A stretch of DNA of 64,000 nt from Thermodesulfobacteriota bacterium (GTDB taxonomy: Bacteria > Desulfobacterota > Desulfobacteria > Desulfobacterales > SURF-7): assembly GCA_049320885.1 (NCBI GenBank), contig JBMORA010000050.1:1-64000 (forward strand). The letters run 5' to 3'. Positions 29,235 through 39,756 of the stretch are shown here, in pieces; positions within the stretch are counted from its first letter, which is position 1, and each line of letters opens with the position of its first letter. Position numbers and translations under genes: made by a program. The notes beneath the pieces were generated by a model, which had not been told where the DNA came from, made no database searches, and saw only the letters and a list, made by a program, of their open reading frames with translations.

Positions 29235-30561
29235 TGCACAGGTCCATCACGTTGGTGTTGGTGGGGCCGGTTTTGAATAAATCCCCTGTTTTTTCGAGGA
29301 ACCGGTAGGCATCGTTGTCGTTCAGATGCCGCCGGGGATCGGCCCCGGCGGCCGCCGCCCGGATGACGGTCTCCGGATCCACCAGGGCTCCCGCTGCATC
29401 GGTGGGCCCGTCGGTGCCGTCCGTACCGGCGCTGAGTAGGACCATATTCTGTTCGCCGGCCAGGTGGATGGCGGCCGCCAGGCCGAATTCCTGATTGCGG
29501 CCGCCTTTCCCGCCGCCCATGACGGTTACCGTGGTTTCGCCGCCGGAAAGGATGCAGGCGGGGGGGGCAACCGGATGGCCGGTTCTGCGGACTTCCTTGG
29601 CAATGCCGGCATGCATGGCCGCCACATGACGGGTTTCGCCCTGGATCATGGAGGAGAGAATCATGGGGTTGTATCCCAGCCGCGATGCTTCCGCCGCAGC
29701 GGCTTCGATGGTCCCGAAATTGTTTCCGACGATCAAATGATTGTGGCGCCGGAAGACGGGATTGTCGGCTTTCGGCGTTTCCGGAATATCTCCCGAAAGG
29801 CCCGCCTGGAGATGCCGGGCAACCGCCTTGGGCAGGTTTTTCCAGATATCGTAGCGGGTCAGAATTTCGAGGCAGTCCTGAAACGTACTTTTATCCGGAA
29901 CCGTGGGGCCGGAGGCGATGACATCCGGATCATCGCCCACCACGTCCGAGAGAATCAGCGTCGCCACCGTTGCCGGGTAGGCGGCCTGGACCAGCTGTCC
30001 GCCCTTGATCATGGAAATATGCTTGCGGACGGAATTGATTTCATGGATGGTCGCGCCGCAGGCAAGCAGGCGTTTCACCGTTTCCTGCTTTTCGGCGAGG
30101 GAAATGCCCTTGGCGGGCAGCGGCAGCAGCGCGGAACCGCCGCCTGAAAGCAGGCAAATCAGCAGATCGTTTTCACCCGCCGCCGCGGCAAGATTCAGGA
30201 TCGTTTCGGCTCCATGGCGTCCGTTTTCATCCGGTACCGGATGATCCGCCTCCCAAATTCGAATGGCGGTTGTCGGCGCCCGATAACCGTATTTGACCAC
30301 TATGAAACCCCTGGTGATCCTCTCGCCGATCAGCGCTTCCGCCGCCGCCGCCATGGAGGCACCGGCCTTGCCGGCGCCGATGACATAGATATTCTCATAG
30401 TCGGGAAGGTGCAGGCGCCTTTCGCCAATGAACAAGTTCTCGTCCATGCGCTTGCAGAATCGATGAACCGCTGCAAATGGCTCCGCGGCCCGAAGACCGG
30501 CCGCGAAAATCGTTGCGGCATCCTGCCGCAGCCTCTGGCAGCTGCTGCCGACTGTATTCAT
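29218..30561 (-). CDS. Glycerate 2-kinase / hydroxypyruvate reductase (MOFRL family)
   Basis: GAGKA, HPVPD, LSGGGSAL, SDVVGDD..IASGPT, GGETTV..GGRNQE, GTDGTDG, TGPTNTNVMD. Confidence 0.92.
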   Translation of the reverse strand: MNTVGSSCQRLRQDAATIFAAGLRAAEPFAAVHRFCKRMDENLFIGERRLHLPDYENIYVIGAGKAGASMAAAAEALIGERITRGFIVVKYGYRAPTTAIRIWEADHPVPDENGRHGAETILNLAAAAGENDLLICLLSGGGSALLPLPAKGISLAEKQETVKRLLACGATIHEINSVRKHISMIKGGQLVQAAYPATVATLILSDVVGDDPDVIASGPTVPDKSTFQDCLEILTRYDIWKNLPKAVARHLQAGLSGDIPETPKADNPVFRRHNHLIVGNNFGTIEAAAAEASRLGYNPMILSSMIQGETRHVAAMHAGIAKEVRRTGHPVAPPACILSGGETTVTVMGGGKGGRNQEFGLAAAIHLAGEQNMVLLSAGTDGTDGPTDAAGALVDPETVIRAAAAGADPRRHLNDNDAYRFLEKTGDLFKTGPTNTNVMDLCIMLIG

Positions 30562-30689
30562 TCGTCACCTCCAACGATGATTATCAGATTTCATTTGCGG
30601 AATTTACATCCCTTTGGGGCGCTTGACAACCGAAACCGATAAACGTAGGGTAGTGCATCATCATGATCCTTTTTACCGGGAGGGAAAAA

Positions 30690-31259
30690 ATGGGGGGAAA
30701 TCATTGGGTCTCTCTGAAAGGCCAACTGCTGATCGCGATGCCCGGATTGACGGATCCCAATTTTTCGCGATCGGTGACCTGCATTTGCGAACATACACCT
30801 GCCGGGGCCGTCGGTATCGTCATCAACCGGATTCACCCTCTTGTAAGCGCCGGAGAAATATTCAACGAACTGAATATCGGCTGTACTCCGGAAGCCAAGC
30901 TGCAACCGGTTCTGCAGGGCGGTCCCGTTCATATGGGCGAGATTTTTATTCTCCACGGCCCCCCGTTTCACTGGGAAGGGTGTATGCGGATTTCCGATAC
31001 GCTCGCATTGAGCAACACCCGTGATATTCTTGAATCCATCGCCCTGGGGCAAGGTCCCCTGGCTTTCGTGATCGCCCTGGGATGCGCCGGGTGGGGAAAG
31101 GATCAGTTGGAGTCCGAGATTCTGGCGAATGTCTGGCTGACTTGTCCCTTATCCGAGGAATTGATTTTCACTTTTTCTCTGGAATCCCGCTGGGATGAGG
31201 CCATGAGGACGGTCGGGGTTGATCCCGCATCCCTTTCCGGAATGGCCGGCAGCGCCTGA
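30690..31259 (+). CDS. yqgE: YqgE/AlgH family protein
   Basis: LLIAMP.L.DPNF.RSV..ICEH...GA.G.VINR, GGPV, LG.AGW...QLE.EI..N.WL; TTGACA-N17-TAGGGT promoter at 30623-30651. Confidence 0.9.
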   Translation: MGGNHWVSLKGQLLIAMPGLTDPNFSRSVTCICEHTPAGAVGIVINRIHPLVSAGEIFNELNIGCTPEAKLQPVLQGGPVHMGEIFILHGPPFHWEGCMRISDTLALSNTRDILESIALGQGPLAFVIALGCAGWGKDQLESEILANVWLTCPLSEELIFTFSLESRWDEAMRTVGVDPASLSGMAGSA

Positions 31260-31330
31260 AAATAAAAATGGCGGCAAGAGCGCTCTCCGCCGCCTGTCGG
31301 TTGCCGGGTCAGGTGCATGTCGTATCGACT

Positions 31331-31489
31331 TCATTCCTCCTCTTCTTCGGATTGCCTTGATGTCGATTTCGGCTTTTTTTTCTTCAGACAAATCTTGTCC
31401 TTGCGCACGAAAGCGCAAAGCTTTGGATTGTAATATTCTTTGCAGTTCAAAGGATTATATAATGGACATTCAGGGTTTTTTTCTGACAT
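31331..31489 (-). CDS. Small Cys-rich hypothetical protein (52 aa)
   Basis: MSEKNPECPLYNPLNCKEYYNPKLCAFVRKDKIC plus a Lys run and Glu run tail; AAGGA RBS. Confidence 0.65.
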   Translation of the reverse strand: MSEKNPECPLYNPLNCKEYYNPKLCAFVRKDKICLKKKKPKSTSRQSEEEEE

Positions 31490-31744
31490 GAATCTGGTTC
31501 CTTTTTTCTCCTTCCCATGCGGCGGTGCGTTTTTATACCATAAATCCATTAATTTTTCAAGGTATTATGTTAACCTCAAACCAACCGTGATACGACGGCG
31601 GGAAGGACTGGCGGCGGAATCGCTTTGACAAATGCGGACTCGCTTTGTACAAAATCCAATCGACCGGTCTTCGACGATGGACAATTCATATGATGGACGG
31701 TCGCCGGATGGATGGAAAGACATGAATGGGAAAAAAAGGCCGGT

Positions 31745-33988
31745 ATGGAATCATTTCCGTTATTGAAACAAGAATTGTTGGAGGACTGTGAGGAACTGAC
31801 CGCCCAACTGGAACAGGCGCTGTCGATTCCGGAATTCGCGGATCAGCAACTGAAGGCGTGGGCCCGGGCATGCAAAAGCGCCCGGCAACAGATTTCCGAA
31901 GAAATCATCCGGATCGCCGTGGTCGGACCGATCAAATCCGGGAAGAGCACCTTCGTCAATTCCCTGTTGAAAGGCGACTACCTGAAGCGGGGAGCAGGGG
32001 TCGTTACTTCCTTCGTGACGCGTGTCCGCAGGGGGCCCACGCTGAATGCCCAACTCCGTTTCAAAACCTGGGAAGAAATCAATGCCGACATCTTCCAGGC
32101 GCTTGCGATCCTGCCTGGCCGGCATGAGCGCGGCGCGGCGGAAGCCTTCGATATCAGGCGCAGGAAGGACCGGAGCGAGCTATGGGAGGCATTGAACGGA
32201 TTGACCGCCGACCAGCTTATAACCCGGAGTACCCGCAACCTCAACAGTGTGCTGCTGACCTCCTATCTGCAAGGCTATGAACAGATCAAGGGAATGAATT
32301 TCCAGGAGAACATGTTGATTGAATACAAGACCGAGCGTTTCAATGAGCATCGTTCGTTTTCAGGGGATGAGATCCTGGCGGTGTATCTCAAGGATATCCA
32401 GCTGGAAGTCGATACGGCGGAAGGCTTTGACAATGTAGAGCTGGCCGATTGCCAGGGCAGCGATTCCCCCAATCCCCTTCATCTCGCCTTAATTCAGGAC
32501 TACCTTCTCACGGCCCATCTGTTGATTTATGTCATCAGCAGCCGTACCGGTCTTCGCCAGGCCGATATCCGATTTCTCTCGATGATCAAAAAAATGGGCA
32601 TCATGGACAATATCCTGTTTGTGGTGAATTGCGATTTCTCCGAGCATGACGATATGGCCGGGTTGCATGGGTTGCTGGAGAAAATCGGGGCGGAGTTGGC
32701 ACTGATGAAGCCGGACCCTGAATTGTACGCGTTTTCTTCGTTATTCAACCTGTTCAGAACGACGGAAGACACCTTGTCGGCAAAAGACCGGCATCGGCTG
32801 GAACAATGGCGGGGGGAGTCGTCGTTTGTCGTTTTTTCGGATCAGGAAACGGAGCGCTTCAAGGCTCAGCTTTTTGGTAAAATCAGTGGAGAGCGCTATG
32901 TCCTGCTGTTAAAAAATCATGTGGAGCGCTTGCGCCTGGTTGCGGCGGGAATCACGCATTGGGCGGCCATGCGGCGGGATGTCCTGGCCGGCGACCGGCA
33001 GCGGGTGGGAACGATCACCGGTCGCATCCGCGCGCATCAGCAAAAAATGGAGCAACTCTCCACCATGATGAGAAAAACATTGGACGGAGCCGCGCAGCAG
33101 ATCAAGAACGGTCTCCGGAAAGACGTCGACCGGTATTTCGACGCCCGCTATGGAGAAGTGATCGGGGATGTCCGGGAATTCATCCGGTCCTACAGGGTGG
33201 ACACGGGCTGCTACCAGGAGGAAATGAGTGCCGTCGGATTCAACCAGATTTTGTATTCGGTCTACCAGGATTTCAAGCAGGCCCTGGATACTTTCATGGC
33301 CCAGACCGTCAATCCCAAAATCATCGGTTTCCTTCATCTGGAAGAAAAGACCCTGCTGGAAGCCCTGGAGTCCATCGGCCGTCCATTCGCCGGCATGGTG
33401 GAGGACGCTCTCCTGGAATATGAAAAGGCCGTGGGGGATATCGGTATACCGGTTCATCGGGAAAATCGAAATGCTTTCCGGATGCCGGATCCGGACATGC
33501 TTAAGAGGATTGCGGGACTCAAAGCGCCGCCGGCGTCGGCTATCATGAGATATTCCGCGCGGGTGAAATCGGTTGCCCTGATGCGTTTCGGGTTCTATTC
33601 CCTGGCCGGTCTGCTGAAAAAAATCCTGAAGAAACCGGTGGACGACGCGTGGCGTGGCGCTTCGCAGGCCATCGAGGACGGGGTGGAGCGGCTGAAGCGG
33701 GAAACGGAATATTCCATACAATATCATTTCAAAAATTATAGGGAAAATATCAAATTCCAGTATTTGTTCAAACTCGTGGAAGTTGTCGCCGCTGCGCTGC
33801 ACCAGGGTATGATGGACCGCTTTCAGGCCTACAACACCGATCTGGCGGCCCTGACAGCCCTTCTGGACGAAAAGCAGGTGGACAAGGAAAGGATGGTCCG
33901 CATAGTGGAGGAAGTCGGCCGCAAGGCGGAAGCCTCGAGCGCAGCCATCGCTCATCTGGACTCGAAATTGATGAAATGGATGAACTGA
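31745..33988 (+). CDS. Bacterial dynamin-like GTPase
   Basis: G1 GPIKSGKS, G2 GVVTS, G3 DCQG, G4-like NCD; long helical stalk with amphipathic segment FYSLAGLLKKILKK. Confidence 0.82.
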   Translation: MESFPLLKQELLEDCEELTAQLEQALSIPEFADQQLKAWARACKSARQQISEEIIRIAVVGPIKSGKSTFVNSLLKGDYLKRGAGVVTSFVTRVRRGPTLNAQLRFKTWEEINADIFQALAILPGRHERGAAEAFDIRRRKDRSELWEALNGLTADQLITRSTRNLNSVLLTSYLQGYEQIKGMNFQENMLIEYKTERFNEHRSFSGDEILAVYLKDIQLEVDTAEGFDNVELADCQGSDSPNPLHLALIQDYLLTAHLLIYVISSRTGLRQADIRFLSMIKKMGIMDNILFVVNCDFSEHDDMAGLHGLLEKIGAELALMKPDPELYAFSSLFNLFRTTEDTLSAKDRHRLEQWRGESSFVVFSDQETERFKAQLFGKISGERYVLLLKNHVERLRLVAAGITHWAAMRRDVLAGDRQRVGTITGRIRAHQQKMEQLSTMMRKTLDGAAQQIKNGLRKDVDRYFDARYGEVIGDVREFIRSYRVDTGCYQEEMSAVGFNQILYSVYQDFKQALDTFMAQTVNPKIIGFLHLEEKTLLEALESIGRPFAGMVEDALLEYEKAVGDIGIPVHRENRNAFRMPDPDMLKRIAGLKAPPASAIMRYSARVKSVALMRFGFYSLAGLLKKILKKPVDDAWRGASQAIEDGVERLKRETEYSIQYHFKNYRENIKFQYLFKLVEVVAAALHQGMMDRFQAYNTDLAALTALLDEKQVDKERMVRIVEEVGRKAEASSAAIAHLDSKLMKWMN

Positions 33989-34055
33989 TGCATGGGGCCT
34001 CCGGAACCGGCTGGTCCATAAGGACCGGCAACCATCGTTCAATCACCAAGGGAGG

Positions 34056-34859
34056 ATGAGTACAATGGGAATGAATGGAGCCAGGGTCATTGCTGTAGCC
34101 AATGAAAAGGGCGGAGTGGGGAAAACCGCGACCGTGGTAAATTTGGGGGCTGCCCTGTCAAAACGCGGGCACAAGATTCTGCTGGTCGATATGGACCCCC
34201 AGCACAACACCACCACGGGTTTGGGAGCCGGTGTCGACCATGAAGCCGTCAGCGTGTACGACCTGATGAATGAAGAGGGTGACAACATCCCGGCGAGGGA
34301 TGCCGTGTTGGAAACCAAATGGGAAAGACTCCATCTGATTCCCTCGCATATTGATCTGGCCGGCGCAGAAGTGGAACTCATCGATACGGAAGGTCGGGAG
34401 AACCGGTTGAAAAAAGTCCTGACGCCGATTGTACCTGATTACGATTTCATTCTCATCGATACCCCGCCGAGTCTTTCCCTGCTAACGGTCAATGTGTTCG
34501 CTTTTGCCCGAGAACTGCTGATTCCCTGCCAGACTCATCCATACGCCTTCGGCGCCCTGGCGGATCTGTTCGATACGGTCCAGACCATCCAGGAAGAGAT
34601 GAATCCGGATTTGCGGCTGACCGGCATCCTGGCGACTTTTTTCGACCAGCAGACCATCGTCAGCCGGACGATATTGGAAAAACTCAGGACCATGGAACCG
34701 TACAATAAGTTGTTGCTTCGGACCGTCATCCGCAGCAATACCACCATCGCCGCCAGCACCGCGGTCTGCAAACCGGTGGTTTTCTATCGCACGGCAAGCA
34801 ATGGGGCTGCCGATTATATGGCCCTCGCCGAGGAACTGGAGACACGCAAACCGATGTGA
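34056..34859 (+). CDS. ParA/Soj family ATPase (no adjacent parB)
   Basis: Deviant Walker A NEKGGVGKT, LVDMDPQ, IDTPPSL; GGGAGG RBS. Confidence 0.92.
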   Translation: MSTMGMNGARVIAVANEKGGVGKTATVVNLGAALSKRGHKILLVDMDPQHNTTTGLGAGVDHEAVSVYDLMNEEGDNIPARDAVLETKWERLHLIPSHIDLAGAEVELIDTEGRENRLKKVLTPIVPDYDFILIDTPPSLSLLTVNVFAFARELLIPCQTHPYAFGALADLFDTVQTIQEEMNPDLRLTGILATFFDQQTIVSRTILEKLRTMEPYNKLLLRTVIRSNTTIAASTAVCKPVVFYRTASNGAADYMALAEELETRKPM

Positions 34860-34924
34860 CGGTTTCCGATAACGAGCGTCTATATCATGACTAGCGGTTT
34901 ATGACCATGGGCTGGCATAACGAT

Positions 34925-37375
34925 CTAATCGATGACGGCGCGATACAGCCGCAAACTATTGCCGACCACGGAAAGACTGCTGAAAGCCATGGCAAGGGCA
35001 GCCAGCATCGGGTGGAGCTGGGCCAGTGGCGCGGGGATGGATGCCAGCGGCGCCAATGCTCCGGCGGCCACCGGTATCAAGAGACTGTTGTAGCAGAAAG
35101 CCCAGAACAGATTCTGTCGGATTGTCCTCATGGTGGCACGGCTGAGGCGTATGGAACGTAACACGCCATCCAGATTCCCGCCCGCGAGGATGATGTCGGC
35201 GCTTTCGATGGCGATATCCGTTCCCGTGCCAATGGCGAAACCGACATCGGCCTGGGCCAGAGCCGGCGCGTCGTTGATGCCGTCCCCGACCATGGCGACA
35301 CGTTTTTTTTCTGCCTGCAGGGTTTTTATTTTCAGCGCCTTTTCTTCCGGCCGGACTTCCGCGATAACCCCGTCGACACCCAGTTGATCCCCGATGGCCT
35401 TGGCAGTATGGTAGTTGTCCCCGGTCAGGATGACGGTGGAGATGCCCTGTTCCCGCAGGTGGCGCAGCGTTTTCGCGGCCTCCGGTTTTACCGTATCCGC
35501 CAAGGCGATGATGCCGGCGGGTCGATTGTCGATGCCCGCCATGATGACGGTTTTCCCTTCCGATTGAAGCCGTTCGATGTCGCCATGGGCGGAATCGATG
35601 GGAATTCCCGATTCCGCGAGCCAGGCCGGTTTCCCGGCCGTCACTTTGCGACCGTTGACGATTGCCCGGACGCCCGCTCCGCTGAAAGTTTCGAATTCCG
35701 ACGGTTCGGGCGGAACCAAGCCCATGCGGCCCGCTGCCGCGAAGATGGCTTTGCCCAGCGGATGCTCCGAGCCTTTTTCCGCGGCGGCCGTCATGGCAAG
35801 CAGTTCCTCGCGGCTCTCACAAACCGGTGCCAGGGGCAGAACATCCACGACATCCGGTTTTCCCCTGGTAAGGGTTCCGGTTTTATCGAACACAATGACG
35901 TCGAGTTCGGCGGCGGCCTCCAGGGCCGTACTGTTTTTAAAGAGGATCCCTTTTTCCGCGGCTTTCCCGGTTCCCGCCATGATGGCCGTCGGGGTGGCCA
36001 ATCCCAGGGCGCAGGGGCAGGCAATGACCAGGACGGCCACCAGGCGGATGATGGCCGCAACGAAGTCTCCGCCCAGCCACCACCAGAGTACGAACGTGGC
36101 AACCGCCACCAGAATGATGGCGGGGACGAACACGGCGGCGACCCGGTCCGCAAGGGCCTGGATGGGCGCCCGGCTTCCCTGGGTTTCCTGGACAAGCCGG
36201 ATGATCTGGGATAAGACCGTATCCCGGCCTATCCTGGTTGCCTCGATGGTCAGCATGCCGGTATGGTTGATGGTTCCACCCACCACTCGGCTGCCTTTTT
36301 CCTTATCCACCGGAAGGGACTCGCCGGTCAGCATGGCCTCATCCACCGCGGACGTCCCGTTGACGACCAGCCCGTCCACCGGAATGCGCTCTCCCGGACG
36401 GACAACCAGGAGCTGGCCCACCTCAACGGACGATAACGGGACTTCCTTTTCGATTCCCTGCTCCAGAACAAAAGCCGTTTTCGGGCGCAGCCCCATCAGT
36501 TTGCGAATGGCTCCGCCTGTTTTGCTTTTCGTCCGGGCTTCCAGGAGTTTGCCGAACTTGATCAATGTAATGATGACGGCCGCGGTTTCGAAATATACAT
36601 GCTCTCCCAGGGAAGGCCATATCAGGATCATGGTTGAATAAACATACGCGACGGATGAACCCATGGCTACCAGGACATCCATATTGGCGCTGCGGTTTCG
36701 CAGGCTGTTGAGACCGCCTTTGTAGAAATCCAGACCGGTATAGAATTGAACCGGAGTCGCCAGAATGAACAGCAGCCAGTTGACGGCGGATGAATGGCTC
36801 CAGGCGCCGGTCAGATGGAAATCCCGTGTCATGCTGAAAACAAAGAGCGGGACGGTAAACAAAAGGCCTATCAGGAGCTTTTTGCGTTGGAGGGCGATCT
36901 CGGTTGCCCGGGCCGCCTGTTCTTCGTCCTCCTCCTCCTCGCCGGACGAGGCGGTCGCGCTGAAACCGGCTTTTCGAACAGCCTCGATGATGTCATCCGG
37001 GGATGAAATCGTCGGAATATATTCCACCTGCAGCATTTCAGCTGCAAAATTCACGGTCGCGTTTCGGATGCCGGGGATTTTTTTCGCCAGGACTCGTTCG
37101 ATGTTCATGGCGCAGTTGCTGCACGTCATGCCGAGAATCGAGAATTCCTTCCTGACGGTCGGCACCTTATAGCCTGCCTGCTCGATTCTGGCTGCAATTT
37201 GTCCGCTGTTCACGGATTCCGGATGGAATGATACCGTTGCCCTTTCGGCGGCGAAGTTCACTTCCGCGTGACTGACCCCGTTCATTTTCCGCAAGGATCG
37301 TTCAATGTTTGCGGCACAATTGACGCAAGTCATCCCCGATATCGGCAGCATCACGGTATGCAATGGTCCACCCAT
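34925..37375 (-). CDS. copA: Copper-translocating P1B-type ATPase
   Basis: Two HMA domains (GMTCVNC, GMTCSNC), [28 protein letters not shown] and MAFSS Cu(I) signature. Confidence 0.93.
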   Translation of the reverse strand: MGGPLHTVMLPISGMTCVNCAANIERSLRKMNGVSHAEVNFAAERATVSFHPESVNSGQIAARIEQAGYKVPTVRKEFSILGMTCSNCAMNIERVLAKKIPGIRNATVNFAAEMLQVEYIPTISSPDDIIEAVRKAGFSATASSGEEEEDEEQAARATEIALQRKKLLIGLLFTVPLFVFSMTRDFHLTGAWSHSSAVNWLLFILATPVQFYTGLDFYKGGLNSLRNRSANMDVLVAMGSSVAYVYSTMILIWPSLGEHVYFETAAVIITLIKFGKLLEARTKSKTGGAIRKLMGLRPKTAFVLEQGIEKEVPLSSVEVGQLLVVRPGERIPVDGLVVNGTSAVDEAMLTGESLPVDKEKGSRVVGGTINHTGMLTIEATRIGRDTVLSQIIRLVQETQGSRAPIQALADRVAAVFVPAIILVAVATFVLWWWLGGDFVAAIIRLVAVLVIACPCALGLATPTAIMAGTGKAAEKGILFKNSTALEAAAELDVIVFDKTGTLTRGKPDVVDVLPLAPVCESREELLAMTAAAEKGSEHPLGKAIFAAAGRMGLVPPEPSEFETFSGAGVRAIVNGRKVTAGKPAWLAESGIPIDSAHGDIERLQSEGKTVIMAGIDNRPAGIIALADTVKPEAAKTLRHLREQGISTVILTGDNYHTAKAIGDQLGVDGVIAEVRPEEKALKIKTLQAEKKRVAMVGDGINDAPALAQADVGFAIGTGTDIAIESADIILAGGNLDGVLRSIRLSRATMRTIRQNLFWAFCYNSLLIPVAAGALAPLASIPAPLAQLHPMLAALAMAFSSLSVVGNSLRLYRAVID

Positions 37376-37395
37376 GATCCTCTCCCCCTTTCCGC

Positions 37396-37599
37396 TCAAT
37401 CGGCCGGATAATTCATTTCTTTCAACGCCGCTTGGATTTTTTCCAGGGTGGCTGGGGTGGTCCATTCCACAACCATTTCCTTCTTCACCGCATCTCCCGA
37501 AACGGTCAGAACTCCTTTGATGTCGGTAATTTCATTTATAATCGCGGTGACACAATGCCCGCAACTGATCCGTGGGATGAAAAACGTGTGCTTTTCCAT
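37396..37599 (-). CDS. copZ: Copper chaperone (HMA domain)
   Basis: ISCGHC metal-binding motif, 67 aa, AGGAGG RBS, directly upstream of copA. Confidence 0.85.
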   Translation of the reverse strand: MEKHTFFIPRISCGHCVTAIINEITDIKGVLTVSGDAVKKEMVVEWTTPATLEKIQAALKEMNYPAD

Positions 37600-37753
37600 G
37601 CTGTCCCTCCTGTTGATTCGGTCATTCGGGAAGATCACCGGCAAATCCATCCGCCGCTTTCGCTGGATGAAATACGAAATCGGCGGCTCCATGGCAGATC
37701 TGATTCAGCCGTCACCCGGTTCCCAACATAATACCCTGCCGGCTGTTTGTCAT

Positions 37754-39481
37754 CTATCCTTTCAGCTTTTCCAAGTTTTCTCTTGCGAATTCAATGGTCG
37801 GATCGAGTTCCAGGGCCATGGCGTAATACCGCAGGGCTTTATTTCGATCGCCCAGCTCCCGGTAATTGGAACCGATGTTGGCGTAATCGATGGCCGAGTC
37901 GGGATTCAGCCGGAGCACTTTCTGAAAACAGTCAATGGCTTCCTGGTGTTTTTTTAATTTGAAAAAACAGAATCCCATCAGGTTGTGAATATCGGTTCTT
38001 TCCGGATCCAGGCCCGCGCCTTTGGCAAGCACATCCAATGCGTCGTGGTATGCGCCCATTTCTTTCAGGCAAACCCCCATGTAGGAATAGATGCTGGCCT
38101 TGTCCTGTTCGTTGGGTTCTAGGGCCATGGCTTCCTGAAAACAGGCAAGCGCCTGATCCTGTTTTTCCATTTGGAGCAGACAGACACCCTGGTAGAATTT
38201 TAAATAATATTTATCCGGAAGGAGTTGTTCCATTTTTTTCAGTTCCGCCAAGGCCGTTTCCGGTGGATTTTTTTCGGTCACGATTTTGGCGGAAAACATG
38301 CCCACCGAAGTGCCGACGGCGCGTTCCCTGAAATGCGCTCCCGGGATGATGGTATAAAAAGCCGGTATTTGCAAATCCGGATGCGTGGTGTCGATCACCA
38401 GGACCTCCATGCCTTTTCCGGACAGGGCAGCCAGGCAATTTTCAATCTCCACCCGGAGATTGTTGTCGGACAGGTCCGGCAGTTCATGGATAGATCGATA
38501 GGAGACCGGATCGGTGATGTAACGGGCCTCATCCAGCCGGACGAATTTCGGCAGACCGCTGGCGACATAATTGGCCTCCGTGTTGAAATCTCCCGCCAGT
38601 TGCGCGACTTCCGTCAAGGCACGGCTCAAGGCTTTTTGCGGATTGGGCGTGGTTCCGGCGGTCCAGATGATTTCACTCCTGGCCGGGAAGGTCGCCGGAT
38701 CGTAGGCCAGAACGCTGATGGTGGGAATCCCCATATCCAGGGTCAGATCGGAAACAAATAGACGGATCCCCGCCTGCCGGTATTTACCCAACATTTCGAC
38801 TACCATGGCGTCGGTGGCGGATTCCGGCCGTATGCCGGGGACGGGAAGTTTTCCCTGGCTGACGAGGGCCGATACATGCCGTTCGACAATTTCACATATA
38901 CCCTGGAGCAGCGCCTCCTCGGCGCAATTTCCCGCCGACGGGCCGTTGAACTCATTGATGGTATAGAACCAGTCGAAAGGGATCAGGACTTTTTCCTTAC
39001 GCGCCAGATGAAAACCCCAAGTCCACTTTTGCTCTACGTTTTCAAAGATTTTTCGGGCAGTTTCCTGCTCCCGGCGGTCGTCATGGACCGATTTCGCGAT
39101 CATGTCAAACGGAAGCGCTTCTTTTTTTAAATTCCGATAACGGTCCGTTATAAAATTTTCCGGTTGGTTGCAGAACGAAAAAAAACTGAAGCGCTCGGCA
39201 AGTTCCATGACGGCGCTGGCTTCCGCCTGCTGGGGGGTGGCACCCTTTCCCATCTGTTTTTTGGTGCCGGTGACCGCCATGGCATCGGGGCCGCAAATAC
39301 TGAAATACACTGGAATGTCAAGACGGCCGTTATCGATTCGAACCGTTTTTTCGAGTATTCGAAGGTTCAGGCGTTCAAGCCGATTTTTCATTACAGCGAC
39401 GGTCTGCTCCGGCGGCATTATTTTGTCCTGGTCCAAGGTATATTGTTTGAATACGTCATTTATCTTTAGGTGATGAATCAT
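37754..39481 (-). CDS. YcaO-like protein with C-terminal TPR repeats
   Basis: MGKG.T..QA.ASA.MELAER, NGPSAGN..EEAL.QG..EI.ERH, RALTEVAQ ATP-binding motifs; about 4 TPRs at the C-terminus; AGGAG RBS. Confidence 0.88.
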   Translation of the reverse strand: MIHHLKINDVFKQYTLDQDKIMPPEQTVAVMKNRLERLNLRILEKTVRIDNGRLDIPVYFSICGPDAMAVTGTKKQMGKGATPQQAEASAVMELAERFSFFSFCNQPENFITDRYRNLKKEALPFDMIAKSVHDDRREQETARKIFENVEQKWTWGFHLARKEKVLIPFDWFYTINEFNGPSAGNCAEEALLQGICEIVERHVSALVSQGKLPVPGIRPESATDAMVVEMLGKYRQAGIRLFVSDLTLDMGIPTISVLAYDPATFPARSEIIWTAGTTPNPQKALSRALTEVAQLAGDFNTEANYVASGLPKFVRLDEARYITDPVSYRSIHELPDLSDNNLRVEIENCLAALSGKGMEVLVIDTTHPDLQIPAFYTIIPGAHFRERAVGTSVGMFSAKIVTEKNPPETALAELKKMEQLLPDKYYLKFYQGVCLLQMEKQDQALACFQEAMALEPNEQDKASIYSYMGVCLKEMGAYHDALDVLAKGAGLDPERTDIHNLMGFCFFKLKKHQEAIDCFQKVLRLNPDSAIDYANIGSNYRELGDRNKALRYYAMALELDPTIEFARENLEKLKG

Positions 39482-39560
39482 ACTCCTGCTCCTTGCCTCC
39501 TTCCAGAATGATAGATGATACGCATCGGTTTTGGGGCGGCCCTATTTTGGAAAATATAAT

Positions 39561-39589
39561 TTGACCGTCCTGGTGTAATTTGTTATGGT
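39561..39589 (+). promoter_or_regulatory. Sigma70 promoter of tRNA-Ala
   Basis: TTGACC-N17-TATGGT with TG extension, 16 nt before the tRNA. Confidence 0.6.
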
Positions 39590-39605
39590 CCCGGACACAA
39601 TTTAT

Positions 39606-39681
39606 GGGGATGTAGCTCAGCTGGGAGAGCGCGGCGTTCGCAATGCCGAGGCCAGGGGTTCGATCCCCCTCATCTCCACCA
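39606..39681 (+). tRNA. tRNA-Ala (anticodon CGC)
   Basis: 76-nt cloverleaf GGGGATG...CATCTCC-A-CCA with G3:U70; anticodon loop TTCGCAA; GGTTCGA T-loop. Confidence 0.97.
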
Positions 39682-39689
39682 GGATGAAT

Positions 39690-39721
39690 AAAAACCCGCA
39701 GCCGGCCGGCAGCGGGTTTTT
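39690..39721. terminator. Bidirectional intrinsic terminator after tRNA-Ala
   Basis: AAAAACCCGC...GCGGGTTTTT inverted repeat. Confidence 0.75.
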
Positions 39722-39756
39722 GTATTTCCCGTAAGGCGAAACCACCCTTCCGGCGG

